Of a stretch of 64,000 nt of DNA, positions 1-13,799 are shown piece after piece; position 1 is the stretch's first letter, and the number at the start of each line of letters is the position of its first letter. This DNA comes from Macrostomum lignano (lineage: Eukaryota), in contig NIVC01000660.1 of the NCBI GenBank assembly GCA_002269645.1, positions 124,001 through 188,000 of the forward strand, in the 5' to 3' direction. Both the position numbers and the translations under genes were made by a program. Under the pieces are notes generated by a model that was given only the letters and a program-made list of their open reading frames with translations, did not search any database and was not told where the DNA came from.

Positions 1-2097
1 CGAGCGAGCTGGCGAAATGATCGCCTGCCTGCACACCTGCCAGGATCAGTTCGAGGCCGCTGTGCTTGAGTCTGTCGACGTGTCCGCAGTGCTCAAAGTG
101 CTGTCTCCGCTTTTACTAATTGCGAGACATCCTAGCGTTCCTAACCCGCAGTAGTAACCGGAACAGGACGTGTTTGTTTTAAATGTCTCTAAATTAACTC
201 TAGCGGCCCGTTATCTGCAGATTCCAGGAAGGAGTGTTCTAAAAATAGAATCTACACGTATTACATAGGATTTCCTGGAAATTCTCGACCGAAAGTGTAC
301 ATTTTTGCGACTGATAAATTCACGAGTAAATTCAGCTTGTTGTTGCTAGAATTTTTTCTCAAAGAATTTATATTCTGAACGATTCGTGGAGGCACCCTAC
401 AAAGGTGTAAGCTGTGCTTTTTCGGATGGTGAGGTTGCAGGAACTTACCCACGTACCCACGCACGGAACTTATACACACGTAGGGAATATAAGTTTTGTT
501 TTGCCAATCCCGAGATCCCGAGATTAAAAAGTTTCTAATCTTTGCAATGTTGATTTACGAAGCCATCTAATCTGATTTTAAAGGGCCTTCAATAATAAAG
601 TAGAACAAATGAGGGAGGGTTCAAATGAACAAGGATTTGACTCCAGTCTGGTAAGCTATAGCGCTGTGATCGGAAATAATGAGGAATTGGCCTCTCTTGC
701 TTTAGACTCTGTGCACAGGGTTTAGAATATTAACTAAATTTGTCTGCGACTACCATATGCACACAGTTGCACGTACATTATTACACCTGAAATCTCCTGC
801 TTCAGTTTTGTATCTCTGCAGCCCTAGCCTTCTCACTAGCCTGCATGTTTAAAAGATTATTAAATCAAAAGCAGGCCAACTGCATGGGTTATGATTTTCA
901 CCTGACAGTAGCTCAGCTGCAGATACTATACAATTCGAGAATGAATTATTGAATTATTGCAAACCGGGATCGGGATCCCGATGGTCAATCCCGGGATTTT
1001 CGAATCCCAGACTTGGGCGGTGGGTAGATCCCGGGATTTAGAACAATCATCATCTGATCATTGGATCATCTGGCCAATTTTCGTGCACCCACAAGCCCCA
1101 AATGAATATGGATGAGCCCAATTGAGTGAGTCTACTGTGATTGCCGGCCCGGCCGAATTAGACCGAATTAAACAGACTTTGTGTAACAAATAGTCGCCAA
1201 TAGCACACACTATTAAAAGGTCCGCCCACCCACTACTGCGTGGGCAATCAAATTCAAACTGACTGACCCGGACATAAATAAACAACAATTGAACGTTCAA
1301 TGCAAATATAAGAGTCTTGAGTTGGTAATAAACTCAAAATATATTCGGAACAGTGAAATTCAATGTAAGCCAGTCTGCAGTGTGTGGGTGTGTGCGCACA
1401 CCTTGGGTTCACGTTTATCCAGTTTAATCACTATTTTAATTCGGCTACATACCTAAAAAAAGTCTACAAGTGTGGGCGGTCGCATTATAATCATTTTAGT
1501 AGCTAAACAGCCAATCCTGCTAATTCTTTTTTGGAGCAAAATCATTTTTCTAAATCCTTCAGACTATTAATGCAAAAACGCGTTACGTCCTACTGGTTTA
1601 TTGTATAATAGTTAAAATTAGAAAGCACATTGTTTTAATATTAATTTTCATTTCAAAGTTTCGTCTTGACTTTGCAGTGCAAAGACGTCCTAGTAGCGTG
1701 ACGTCGTGCATATCTCAGCTCAATTTTGTCTAATTCTATTGGCGTAGGTGTCAGGGGCTGACTATGTGTGCATAGACCAAATTAGGCACAGACCTACCTG
1801 TATATAGCTGGTGTGTCACTCAGTGTTTGCCTGTCTCTTTCTCTCTCTGCCTACCGCCCAACAACGCACGCACACTGAAAACTTACGTACGTTATAAAAT
1901 CTACTTTGACTGTTAGCGCAGCTGTCCTTTTCTTTTCTTTTTTTGCTCCTGTTTCTTGTATAAATTAGTCATAATTCACGATCGTGCAAACTGCTGACAG
2001 ATGTCGACATGCATCAGCACAGGCGTCAACTAATTAACAAGTGTAACACGTTAAATGACGTACTAATTAAATACACCGTGCCAAAATAGACCTCAAC

Positions 2098-3625
2098 GTA
2101 GGTGTCAGAGTTGTCAACTTATAGGTGTCAGGGGTTGTCAACTTATAGGTGTCAGGGGTTGTCAACTTATAGGTGTCAGAGTTGTCAACTTATAGGTGTC
2201 AGAGTTGTCAACTTATAGGTGTCAGGGGTTGTCAACTTATAGGTGTCAGGGGTTGTCAACTTATAGGTGTCAGAGTTGTCAACTTATAGGTGTCAGAGTT
2301 GTCAACTTATAGGTGTCAGAGTTGTCAACTTATAGGTGTCAGAGTTGTTAACTTATAGGTGTCAGAGTTGTCAACTTATAGGTGTCAGGGGTTGTCAAAT
2401 TATAGGTGTCAGAGTTGTCAACTTATGGGTGTCAGAGTTGTCAACTTATAGGTGTCAGAGGTTGTCAAATTAGGTGTCAGGAGTTGCCAAATTGTAGGTG
2501 TCAGGAGTTGTCAAATTATAGGCGTCAGAGGTTGTCAAATTATAGGTGTCAGGAGTTTTCATATAGGTGTCAGGGGTTGTCAAATAAGGTGTCAGGAGTT
2601 GCCAAATTGTAGGTGTTAGGAGTTGTCAAATTATAGGCGTCAGGGGTTGTCAAATTATAGGTGTCAGGAGTTGTCAAATTATAGGTGTCAGGAGTTGTCA
2701 TATAGGTGTCAGGGGTTGTCAAATTAGGTGTCAGGAGTTGCCAAATTATAGGTGTCAGGAGTTGTCATATAGGTGTCAGGGGTTGTCAAATTAGGTGTCA
2801 GGAGTTGCCAAATTGTAGGTGTTAGGAGTTGTCAAATTATAGGCGTCAGGGGTTGTCAAATTATAGGTGTCAGGAGTTGTCATATAGGTGTCAGGGGTTG
2901 TCAAACTAGGTGTCAGGAGTTGCCAAATTATAGGTGTCAGGAGTTGTCATATAGGTGTCAGGGGTTGTCAAATTAGGTGTCAGGAGTTGCCAAATTGTAG
3001 GTGTTAGGAGTTGTCAAATTATAGGCGTCAGGGGTTGTCAAATTATAGGTGTCAGGAGTTGTCAAATTATAGGTGTCAGGAGTTGTCAAATTATAGGTGT
3101 CAGGGGTTGTCAAATTAGGTGTCAGGAGTTGTCAAATTAGGTGTCAGGAGTTGTCAAATTAGATGTCAGAAGTTGTCAAATTATAGGCGTCAGGGGTTGT
3201 CAAATTATAGGTGTCAGGAGTTGTCATATAGGTGTCAGGGGTTGTCAAATTAGGTGTCAGGAGTCGCCAAATTATAGGTGTCAGGAGTTGTCATATAGGT
3301 GTCAGGGGTTGTCAAATTAGGTGTCAGGAGTTGCCAAATTGTAGGTGTTAGGAGTTGTCAAATTATAGGCGTCAGGGGTTGTCAAATTATAGGTGTCAGG
3401 AGTTGTCAAATTATAGGTGTCAGGAGTTGTCATATAGGTGTCAGGGGTTGTCAAATCAGGTGTCAGGAGTTGCGAAATTATAGGTGTCAGGAGTTGTCAA
3501 ATTATAGTGTCAGGGGTTGTCAAATTAGGTGTCAGGAGTTGTCAAATTAGGTGTCAGGAGTTGTCAAATTAAGTGTCAGGAGTTGTCAAATTAGGTGTCA
3601 GGAGTTGTAAAATAGGTGTCAGGAG
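2098..3625. repeat. Minisatellite, ~23-bp unit (ttataggtgtcagagttgtcaac) with 21-24 bp variants
   Basis: Direct tandem repetition is visible. The short ORFs called here are repeat translations. Confidence 0.97.
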
Positions 3626-4123
3626 GTGTCAAATTGGGCCTCAAATCGGGGGTGTATTTACTGATATCTTAATGTTGAATTAACGTCTCCAGAACCTGCA
3701 AATGAGACACCAGTTTAAATAAGCAAATCAAAATACGTTACATACTACTGTTCAAAGCTTAGCTACTTCCAACGCTCAGTAGGGCAAATACTTAAAACTT
3801 GTTTATTTATTGAGAAATAGTAATATTATAATAATTTTGTAATACTAATCCAATACTATAACAGGATTAAATGTAAGATTGAAAATATAAAAGCCCACGA
3901 AAGTTCAAAGTGGAATTCAAATTGAACCAAATCAGGAATAAATTGATATTGAGTTTCGAGTAAACCATCCATAAAAAACAGTAATTAAGCAAATCAGAAA
4001 CTGCTGTGTCGCTGCACTGAGACTTAAATCGTTCCGAGGTCACGGCAATCTTTGCAGAGTCCATCATGGATCTCTTCCGGCTCCGGCTGAAACAAATTGA
4101 GTTCAATAATAAAATTCGGTACC

Positions 4124-4346
4124 CTATAGGTCTGGTCTAAAATCAATAATATGTGAAGCGTCTCTCACCTCGTGCTTGCCGTTTTCGTTAGTTTCATTGA
4201 CGTTGTGGCAGCTGGCGGACAGAGCTGGGTTGGAGTAGGACTGAAATTGCAGGCATTGACAGTGTTGCTTTCGACTGGTTTTGGGTTGGAGACAGAAAAC
4301 AGACAGACAGACAGACACACAGACAGACAGACAAACAGACAGACAC

Positions 4347-4425
<79 letters not shown>

Positions 4426-7400
4426 GGCACGAATCGGAGTGACAGACACACGAATCGGAGTGACAGACACACGAATCGGAGTGACAGACACACGAATCGG
4501 AGTGACAGACACACGAATCGGAGTGACAGACACACGAATCGGAGTGACAGACACACGAATCGGAGTGACAGACACACGAATCGGAGTGACAGACACACGA
4601 ATCGGAGTGACAGACACACGAATCGGAGTGACAGACAGTAGCGCCAACTCTCACCAGCTGCGCAGCTGCCGATTGGCCTCCAACAGTAGCCGTGCCCGCG
4701 GTCACACCGGCCGCGGCGGTCCTCCAGTTGTCCTCGGCCAGCTGTCGCCACCGGGCCGGGCTGTCCATGCCGAGAGCGTCCGGGTCACCGGCCGGGTACA
4801 CAGCGGACAGGTAGTGCCTCCGACCATTCCGGCCGAAGACAGACGAGGATCGGCGCTGGGCCAAGACGGCGAAGACAATTGCCGCAATTGCTACTAGAAG
4901 CAGCAGACAGAATGCAATGCTCAAACCAATGACTGCAGATGACGTTTGCTGCTGATTTGGTTGCGTCTGCTGTAGCTGCTGCAGACAGTCGGGTCCTGAA
5001 TAACCCGGCTTGCACAGGCACAGTGCTGGGCCATCACTTGCTCTCATCTGACAGACCCGGTTGCTACCCGGACAGGTGTCGCTTGAGCACAGTTGAGCGC
5101 ACGAGCTGCCAGACAGTCGCGGGTTCAAATCCGCGTAGCCGGGATGGCAGGCGCAGGTGTAGGCGCCGGTGGAGACCGACGGACGGCAGGTGGCGTAGCC
5201 GGAGCACAGGTTCGCAGTACTGCTCCGGCATGGGTTCGCATCTGAGTTGGATCGAATGGTTCCCTAAAGCGAGTTAAACAGCTTGTTTCGCCGGCCTAAA
5301 ATGTCTGTTTTGAAGCAGCTGAGATCTTATAATGATGTTTTAATTATCATGTTCGCAAAAAGGCTATGGTCACCCTCAGGGGCGTCGCCATGGATTTTAT
5401 TGTGGAAGGGACAACCAAGAATTCTACATGTACATTATTTTCAGAATCCGTGTTGTCAGCGCTTATTTAGCGCAGCAGGAACTCATTTTAGCCCCGCAGA
5501 CACTCATTTTGGTGCTGCAGACACTCATTTTGGCGCTGCAGACTCATTTTGGTGCCGCAGACACTCATTTTGGCGCCGCAGGCACTCATTTTGGCGCCGC
5601 AGACACTCATTTTGGCGCCGCAGACACTCATTTTGATCAATTTAACCGTGCATAAAATATATGCTCACATTTAACAGTAAGATTCGAGCCAAAGGTGGCA
5701 TTGCTCAGCGTCATGCTGTTGTGCAAAGCTTCCAGCAGTTGACCAGATGAGACAGAGTCCTTAGTTACCGAAGCATTAGGTGGGAATCTTGCAGTCAGTT
5801 CAAGCTCAGCGATGACTGAACCCTGACGCAAGGCAGTCAGATTGCAGCCATAGATGGCCAGTTCGAACTGAGGCTGGCCGGAACTTCGAATCGTTCTGAG
5901 CACCTGTCAGGTTTGCGATTTTTTTGACGTCATTGAATTTCAGTTTTTTTGGAGCGCCAGTCTACGAGCTAGAACACTGTCACTGCCTATTGGACCACCG
6001 CATTGAACCCCCAGAACTGAAATTCCCTAGGAACTGAAATTCCCTCGGAACTAAAATTCCCTCGGAACTGAAATTCCCTCGGAACTGAAATTTCCCTAGG
6101 AACTGAAATTCCCTCGGAACTGAAATTCCCTCGGAACTGAAATTCCCTCGGAACTGAAATTCCCTCGGAACTGAAATTTCTCTAGGAACTGAAATTCCCT
6201 CGGAACTGAAATTACCTCGGAACTGGAATTCCCTCGGAACTGAAATTACCTCGGAACTGAAATTCCCTCGGAACTGAAATTCACTCGGAACTGAAATTCC
6301 CTCGGAACTGAAATTACCTCGGAACTGAAATTCCCTCGGAACTGAAATTCCCTCGGAACTGAAATTCCCTCGGAACTGAAATTCACTCGGAACTGAAATT
6401 TCCCTAGGAACTGAAATTTCCCTAGGAACTGAAATTCCCTCGGAACTGAAATTCCCTCGGAACTGAAATTCCCTCGGAACTGAAATTCCCTCGGAACTGA
6501 AATTACCTCGGAACTGAAATTACCTCGGAACTGAAATTACCTCGGAACTGAAATTCCCTCGGAACTGAAATTCCCTCGGAACTGAAATTCCCTCGGAACT
6601 GAAATTCCCTCGGAACTGAAATTCCCTCGGAACTGAAATTTCCTCGGAACTGAAATTTCTCTAGGAACTGAAATTCCCTCGGAACTGAAATTCCCTCGGA
6701 ACTGAAATTCCCTCGGAACTGAAATTTCCTCGGAACTGAAATTCCCTAGGAACTGAAATTCCCTCGGAACTGAAATTCCCTCGGAACTGAAATTCCCTCG
6801 GAACTGAAATTCCCTCGGAACTGAAATTCCCTCGGAACTGAAATTCCCTAGGAACTGAAAGTCCCTCGGAACTGAAATTCCCTCGGAACTGAAATTCCTT
6901 CGGAACTGGAATTCCCTCGGAACTGAAATTCCCTCGGAACTGAAATTCCCTCGGAACTGAAATTTCCCCAGGAACTGAAATCCAACCGGAAATGATATTC
7001 TTAAAGAACTGAAACCCCCCGGAACTAAAATCCCGTGGAATGTACTTTTAAATAAACTCAAAACGATAAGCCTACCTGATCGCACAGAAGTTTGCCCAAT
7101 CTTCGGCTCTCCTCAGAGTGCAGCTGGCCATGAAGTGTCGCATTCCAGACCAGAGGCTGACCAACCTCATCATTAACCAGCAAGGTTAAATTGTACCAGC
7201 GTTCAACTGTAGGTAAGTGTAGACAAGTAAAATTGAAGCAGTTTCAATAGAAAACATTCTCAGTTTGACGCAATAGGACAAGTGCTAAATGACTAGTAAT
7301 TTAATTGACTTACTATCAGCACACAGATCGCCAACAAAACCCGGTTGACAGTTGCAAACTCGGCTGCTGTTCTTTTCAGATACCGAGCATAGACCATTGT

Positions 7401-9965
7401 TGCTGCAGTAGTCTTTTTCGCAGGCAGAAAGTCCAGCTAAGGTTGAAGTCAGCACTGCAGAAGTCGATGCTGCAGTTTTGTCCTCAGGTACAGCAGTTGT
7501 GTCCGCCGGTGCAGCAGTTGTGTCCTCCCGTTCAGCAGTTGTGTCCACCGGTGCAGCAGTTGTGTCCTCAGGTACAGCAGTGGTCTCCACCGGTACAGGA
7601 GTTGCGTCCTCAGGTGTAGCGGTTGTGCCTTCAGATGAAGCGGTTGTGTCTTTAGGTGCAGCAGTTGTGTCCACTGGTGCAGCAGTTGTGTCCTCAGGTA
7701 CAACAGTTGTGTCTACCGGTGCAGGAGTTGTGTCCACCGGTACAGCAGTTGTGTCTTCAGGTGCAGCAGTGGTGCCCACCGGTGCTGTAGTTGTGTCCTT
7801 AGGTGCAGGCGTTGTGTCCACCGGTACAGCAGTTGTGTCTTCAGGTGCAGCAGTGGTGCCCACCGGTGCTGCAGTTGTGTCTACCAGTGCAGGCGTTGTG
7901 TCCTTAGGTGCAGCAGTTGTGTCCGCCCGTTCAGCAGTTGTGTCCACCCGTTCAGCAGTTGTGTCCGCCGGTGCAGCAGTTGTGTTCACTGGTGCAGCAG
8001 TTGTGTCCACCGGTGCAGCAGTGGTGTCCACCGGAGCAGCAGTTGTGTCTTCAGGTGCAGCAGTGGTGTCCACCGGTGCAGCAGTTGTGTTATTAGATGC
8101 AGCAGTTGCGGTATCCATTGGTGCAACTGTTGTGTCCACTGCTGCAGCAGTTGTGTCTTCAGCTACAGCAGTTGTGTCCTCCGGTGCAGCAGTTGTGTCC
8201 TCCGGTGCAGCAGTGGTGTCCTTAGGTACAGCAGTTGCGTCCACCAGTGAAGCAGTTATGCCCTCAGGTGCAGAAGTGGTGTCTTCAGGTACAGCAGTTG
8301 TGTCTACCGGTGCAGGAGTTGTGTCCACCAGTACAGCAGTTGTGTCTTCAGGTGCAGCAGTGGTGCCCACCGGTGCTGTAGTTGTGTCCTTAGGTGCAGG
8401 AGTTGTGTCCTTAGATGCAGCAGTTGCGGTATCCATTGGTGCAACTGTTGTGTCCACTGCTGCAGCAGTTGTGTCTTCAGCTACAGCAGTTGTGTTCTCC
8501 GGTGCAGCAGTTGTGTCCTCCGGTACAGCAGTTGCGTCCACCAGCGAAGCAGTTGTGCCCTCAGGTGCAGAAGTGGTGTCTTCAGGTACAGCAGTTGTGT
8601 CCATCGGTGCAGCAGTTGTGTCTTTAGCTACAGCAGTGGTGTCCTTAGGTACAGCAGTTTTGTCCACCGTTGCAGCAGTTGTGTCCTCAGGTGCAGCAGT
8701 TGTGTCCTTAGGTACAGCAGTTGTGTCCGTAGTTGCAGCAGTTATATCCTCAGGTACAGCAGTTGTGTACACCGTTGCAGCAGTTCTGTCCTCAGGTGCA
8801 GCAGTTGTGTCCGCCCGTTCAGCAGTTGTGTCCGCCGGTGCAGCAGTTGTGTCCACCGGTGCAGCAGTTGTGTCCACCGGTGCAGCAGTTGGGTCCACCG
8901 GTGCAGCAGTTGTGTCCTCAGCTGCAGCAGTTGTGGTATCCATTGGTGCAACTGTTGTGTCCACTGCTGCAACAGTTGTGTCTTCAGCTACAGCAGTTGT
9001 GTCCTTAGGTACAGCTGTTGTGTCTTCAGGTGCAGCTGTGGTGTCCTTAGATATAGCAGTTGTGTCCACCAGTGAAGCAGTTGTGTCCTTAGGTACAGCA
9101 GTTGTGTCCTCCGGTGCAGCAGTTGTGCCGTCAGGTGCAGAAGTGGTGTCTTTAGGTACAGCAGTTGTGTCCACCAGTGAAGCAGTTGTGTCCATCAGTG
9201 CAGCAGTTGTGTCTTTAGCTACAGCAGTTGTGTCCTTAGGTACAGCAGATGTGTCCTCCGGTGCAGCAGTGGTGTCCTTAGGTACAGCAGTTTTGTCCAC
9301 GGTTGCAGCAGTTGTGTCCTTAGGTACAGCAGTTGTGTCCTTAGGTACAGCAGTTGTGTCATTAGGTACAGCAGTTGTGTCCTCAGGTGCAGCAGTTGTG
9401 GCCTTAGATACAGAAGTTGTGTCCACCAGTGCAGCAGTTGTGTCCACCGGTGCAGCAGTTGTGTCCTCAGGTGCAGCAGTCGTGTCCTTAGGTACAGCAA
9501 TTGTGTCCACCGGTGCAGCAGTTGTGTCTTCAGATGCAGCAGTGGTCTCCACCGGAGCAGCAGTTGTGTCTTCAGGTGTTGCTGTGGTGTCCACCCGTGC
9601 AGAAGTTGTGTCCTCAGATGCAGCAGTTATGTCCTCAGATCCAGCAGTTGTGTCCTCAGATCCAGCAGTTGTGTCCTCAGATGCAGAAGTTGTGTCCTCA
9701 GATGCAGAAGTTGTGTCCTCAGATCCAGCAGTTGTGTCCTCAGATCCAGCAGTTGTGTCCTCAGATGCAGAAGTTGTTTCTTTTGGTGAAGCTGTGGTGT
9801 CCGCTGGTGCAGCAGTTGTGTCCTCGGGTTTAGATGTAACGTCTACTGGTGAAGCAGTTGTGATCAGCAGCGCCGCATTTCTGTTCACCGGTACAACAGT
9901 TGTGTCCACTGGTGCAGCAGTGGTGTTCACCGATGTAGTTACTTGGGCGTTGGTCACCTTTCCAC
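4124..9965 (-). CDS. Transmembrane mucin, MUC13-like architecture (PTS repeats - EGF - SEA - EGF - EGF - TM - cytoplasmic tail); 5' exon(s) not located
   Basis: Exons read by eye on the minus strand with AG/GT boundaries: 9965-7314 (Thr/Ala/Pro heptads DTTAAPx, then [15 protein letters not shown]...[12 protein letters not shown]), 7206-7076 (SEA start, [11 protein letters not shown]...[14 protein letters not shown]), 5903-5669 (SEA with RQGSVIA), 5263-4655 (two [31 protein letters not shown]) and 4240-4124 (SYSNPALS...stop). Phases agree except at 5669/5263, which is unresolved. Confidence 0.85.
4300..4638. repeat. Intronic (GACA)n microsatellite plus 21-bp minisatellite (gacacacgaatcggagtgaca)
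   Basis: Tandem repeats inside the last mucin intron (4241-4654). Confidence 0.95.
5483..5634. repeat. Intronic 21-bp minisatellite (cgcagacactcattttggcgc)
   Basis: About 7 tandem copies are visible. Confidence 0.92.
6010..6975. repeat. Intronic 17-bp minisatellite (ggaactgaaattccctc)
   Basis: Long tandem array between the two SEA exons. Confidence 0.97.
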
Positions 9966-10432
9966 CTATACAGAAATGAATGTTTTTAATTACGCAATGA
10001 TTATTTTTTGATGAACTGGTAGCTTTGATTGCAATTTGAATGCTGAACAAAAAATCACAAAAAATGAAACTGGCTTACCCAAAATCAGGGATGCTATAGC
10101 AAACAATACAAATAGTTTCATTTTTAGTTGGTATCGCAAGATACGTTAATGAAAGCTATGTTTGCAATGAATCGAATGAATAGTCAGATATAAACTTACT
10201 TCCATCAGGAGTCTACATGTACAATATATATGGGCTTCTTGTCCCCCACGTGCCCGTCGCTTAATGCCTTTTACGGCCGTTCGCATGTTGCTCGAGGTGA
10301 GACACGTTGAGGCTGCATTCGTGCCAGCTATAATTAGTCTATAGCATATATGACGCAGGATTGCCTGCTCAGATACCAGTATCAGACAGTGGGTAAGACA
10401 CGCACTTTGTCTTCTTTACATGATTTAATGCA

Positions 10433-11160
10433 GTCCCACTGTCTCTCTAATGCAGTCCCACTGTCTCTCTAATGCAGTCCCACTGTCTCTCTAATGCAGT
10501 CCCACTGTGTCTCTAATGCAGTCCCACTGTCTCTCTAATGCAGTCCCACTGTGTGTGTAATGCAGTCCCACTGTGTGTGTAATGCAGTCCCACTGTGTCT
10601 CTAATGCAGTCCCACTGTCTCTCTAATGCAGTCCCACTGTCTCTCTAATGCAGTCCCACTGTCTCTCTAATGCAGTCCCACTGTATCTCTAATGCAGTCC
10701 CACTGTCTCTCTAATGCAGTCCCACTGTCTCTCTAATGCAGTCCCACTGTGTCTCTAATGAAGTCCCACTGTCTCTCTAATGCAGTCCCACTGTGTGTGT
10801 AATGCAGTCCCACTGTGTGTGTAATGCAGTCCCACTGTCTCTCTAATGCAGTCCCACTGTCTCTCTAATGCAGTCCCACTGTGTGTCTAATGCAGTCCCA
10901 CTGTGTCTCTAATGCAGTCCCACTGTGTGTCTAATGCAGTCCCACTGTCTAATGCAGTCCCACTGTCTAATGCAGTCCCACTGTGTCTCTAATGCAGTCC
11001 CACTGTCTAATGCAGTCCCACTGTCTAATGCAGTCCCACTTTCTAATGCAGTCCTACTGTCTAATGCAGTCCCACTGCCTCTAATGCAGTCCCAATGCCT
11101 CTAATGCAGTCCTACTGTCTAATGCAGTCCCACTGTCTCTAATGCAGTCCTACTGTGTCT
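10433..11160. repeat. 22-bp minisatellite (aatgcagtcccactgtctctct), shortening to 18-20 bp units at the right end
   Basis: Direct tandem repetition. Confidence 0.97.
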
Positions 11161-12785
11161 CGAATGCGGTCTTAGGCTTGTGCAGAATTCATACAACGTT
11201 GGCTGAAAAACAGGCCATCTATAACTGTACATGGGGATGTACATGCAACTGGGAGTAATAATTTAACGTATTTGAATATTTTTTCGTCATCAAATTATTT
11301 AAAGCATGATTTTCTTTGGCATGAAGAAGTCAGTTTTACACGAAAAAAACAAATAACAGAAAAAGAAATTCTTTCATAAATGATTTCTTTTTTTTAAGCA
11401 GCAAGTAATTAACTCAGATAAATGTTTTACTATCAATAAATAATAGCTCTTTTACAATTTTTCAATAAATATTACAGATTGTAGCGACTACTTTAACTAG
11501 TAACTAGCTCGATCATTTGCTACTATAAAAATAAAATATTGTTTTAGCTTGCATGTACACCAGAAATCTCACAAGCTTAAACAGCTGAAAAATTCTTTTT
11601 CATCGTCGAATTCGTTAAAATAATAAATTTCGAGCCAGCAGCAAAAGTGAAAAGTCATTGTTCTTAAAAAAATAGAAAAAATGAGACTCCAAAAGTGTGG
11701 TCATCCAGTTGAACTTGGTAGAAAAAAACACACCAGACTTCCAGCAATACAGCCGTAAAATTCAAGCAGGTCTGTAATTAATTACTGACTGTCTTCTGCA
11801 TGACAAAAAGGTCAAATAGAATTTTCCATTGCCCTATGCTTAAACAAACTTTAAAAAGCACTTTTACGAGAGCCAAAGAGCATTCGAAGGAGTCGCTGAA
11901 ATCATAAGCTTTGTGCAAGTATCACAGATACAAAAATAACTAGATGGGCCACTCAGGCAGATATACTTAGTAAAACAGCTTTCTACTTTCAGTTCAGTAG
12001 AAAAGAGGAATACACAAGCTATTGTATAAAAGTAAAGGCAGCTGAAATTACTTTATAAGTTTAGAAGCCCAAGCTAGCAGGCGTAAACAACTTGCTAATT
12101 GGTTCAGCAATAATGTACATTGGCCAGTCTACTGAAATGTACATGGCTGCTTTAGGCTGGAATTCCGAGAAAGGCAATAAAAATTGGGGTGGGGCTGGGG
12201 GGTAGTGTGGGGAGGCGCGGTTGGAGGGTTTAAGGCTGTGGGTAAGAGCCAATTTGCCTTGGCTTTCAAAATACATTAAAAAGCTACAGTTTAACTTACT
12301 ACTGAACTGAAGTAGCTTACACGAAAATGTGCTGAGTGGCCCATATACTTATTCTAGTATCTGTGGCAAGGATAAAAAATAACAATAAACAGAATAAGTA
12401 CAAGTATAAGTCTACCAATAAAGTACAAAAAGGAATAATAAAGTATGCGCGTCTATGTAATTTTGTAGCGAAGAATCCATGCGAAGAACGCATTAGCACA
12501 AGAGCCGCGCACGAGCAGTGGCACACAGACGGGCATAAACGCGTAGATTTTCTAACTTTAAACTTTAAATTTGAAAAACAAAGTTCAAATAAATGGCCCC
12601 AAGTGGAGTGTAAAACTTTAGTTGATAAAGTTAACTGATATAACTTTTCAGCACAAGTCAAAATTGAATTGTTAAGTTATGGTACAAAAACTTTAAGTCG
12701 AAAGTTAACTAATATAAAAAATCAAGTACGACAAAATGTCACGTCAAGGCGCTGGCCGGATGCTGCTGGTGAATACGTACAATAC

Positions 12786-13700
12786 TAACTAACAACAACG
12801 ACAAAACCAAACGTGGGACAATGTCGCAGACCGCGTTTCAAGGCGAACGTCGGCCGCACCGCCGGCTGTGTCTGGCAGTCGACGAAACGCCGAGTGCGCG
12901 CCTGAACCGCCGGTAGGGCGCCTGCAGCGTCAGCAGCAGCACCTCCTGCACCGGCTGCGGGCAGTACGACTCGGCTCGGATGATGTGGCCTGCCAGCTGG
13001 AGTCGCCGACGGCGCAACAGGTCGCTTGGACGGACCAGGCTGGCGCGGTGATACAAAGCCGCGTTGGTCACTCGCTCGTAGCCGATCTTGAAGGCGGCGC
13101 GCAGCAGGCCAGCGTGCGCCGCGTGAACTTGATGCTCGAGCGACTCCGTCAGCATCCAGGTCTCGGCGTTGTACAGCAGGACAGCCTGGAACAACGCCGC
13201 CCTTTGGCGGTCAGGTAAGGCCTCGGACTGCAGGACTGCCCTCACAGAACGAAAAGCAGCCCAGGCAAGCCCGCGGCGACGCCGCAAATCCTCGCGGACG
13301 CCGGGAACCAGACCGCCGAGGTAGACGAACTGCTGACAGCGCAGAAGCTTCGTCTCCTGCCCGTCAGCGCTTCGGCAAAAAATAGCAGCCTAGATGTCGT
13401 CCGACATGCAGAGCACAACGGTCTTCTGCGTGTTGACCACTAGGCCGACACTCGCCGAAAAGCTGGCCAGCTGGTCCAACTGGCGCTGGGTGCCCTCGAC
13501 GGTCGAGGACAGCAGGGCGAGATTGTCGACGCAGCCAAGCACGTTAAGCCGCCTCTCCGGTTGGCGTCGACCCATGCGTCGCTGCAGCAGGAAGCCGTCG
13601 TCGTTAGAATGAAGGGCAGTCCGCAGCATCCAGTCAAGCACCAGGACGAACAGGAATGGCGCAAACAAACGATCTCCCTGAAGCACCTCAGAGGATGCCT
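12786..13700 (-). mobile_element. 5'-truncated non-LTR retrotransposon (RTE-like), degenerate RT C-terminal half
   Basis: Minus-strand motifs VLQGD..APFLFVLVLD, LGCVDNLALL (degenerate YADD), QFVYLGG and RRRLQLAGHIIR, with stops and frameshifts. It ends in a short-repeat tail (gttgttgttagttag). The clade call is from motif resemblance. Confidence 0.85.
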
Positions 13701-13799
13701 CAAAGAACAGGTCGTCCGACCAGAGACCAGCTGATGCGAATATACGAGATGACGCGATTATACGAATATTTTTTCAACTATTTGAAACTGTTAACGCCG

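Noticed and set aside
1-154. Open frame at the window start (ERAGEMIACLHTCQDQF...PNPQ stop)
   Set aside because: Possibly the end of an exon or TE ORF, but too short and unrecognisable to call.
7478-9979. 833-aa plus-strand ORF
   Set aside because: Antisense shadow of the 21-bp mucin repeat. The minus strand has the splice sites and the EGF domain.
10200-10212. Possible 13-nt micro-exon (TPDG) upstream of the mucin PTS exon
   Set aside because: It has a good GTAAGT donor and compatible phase but a weak acceptor, so it cannot be supported without cDNA.
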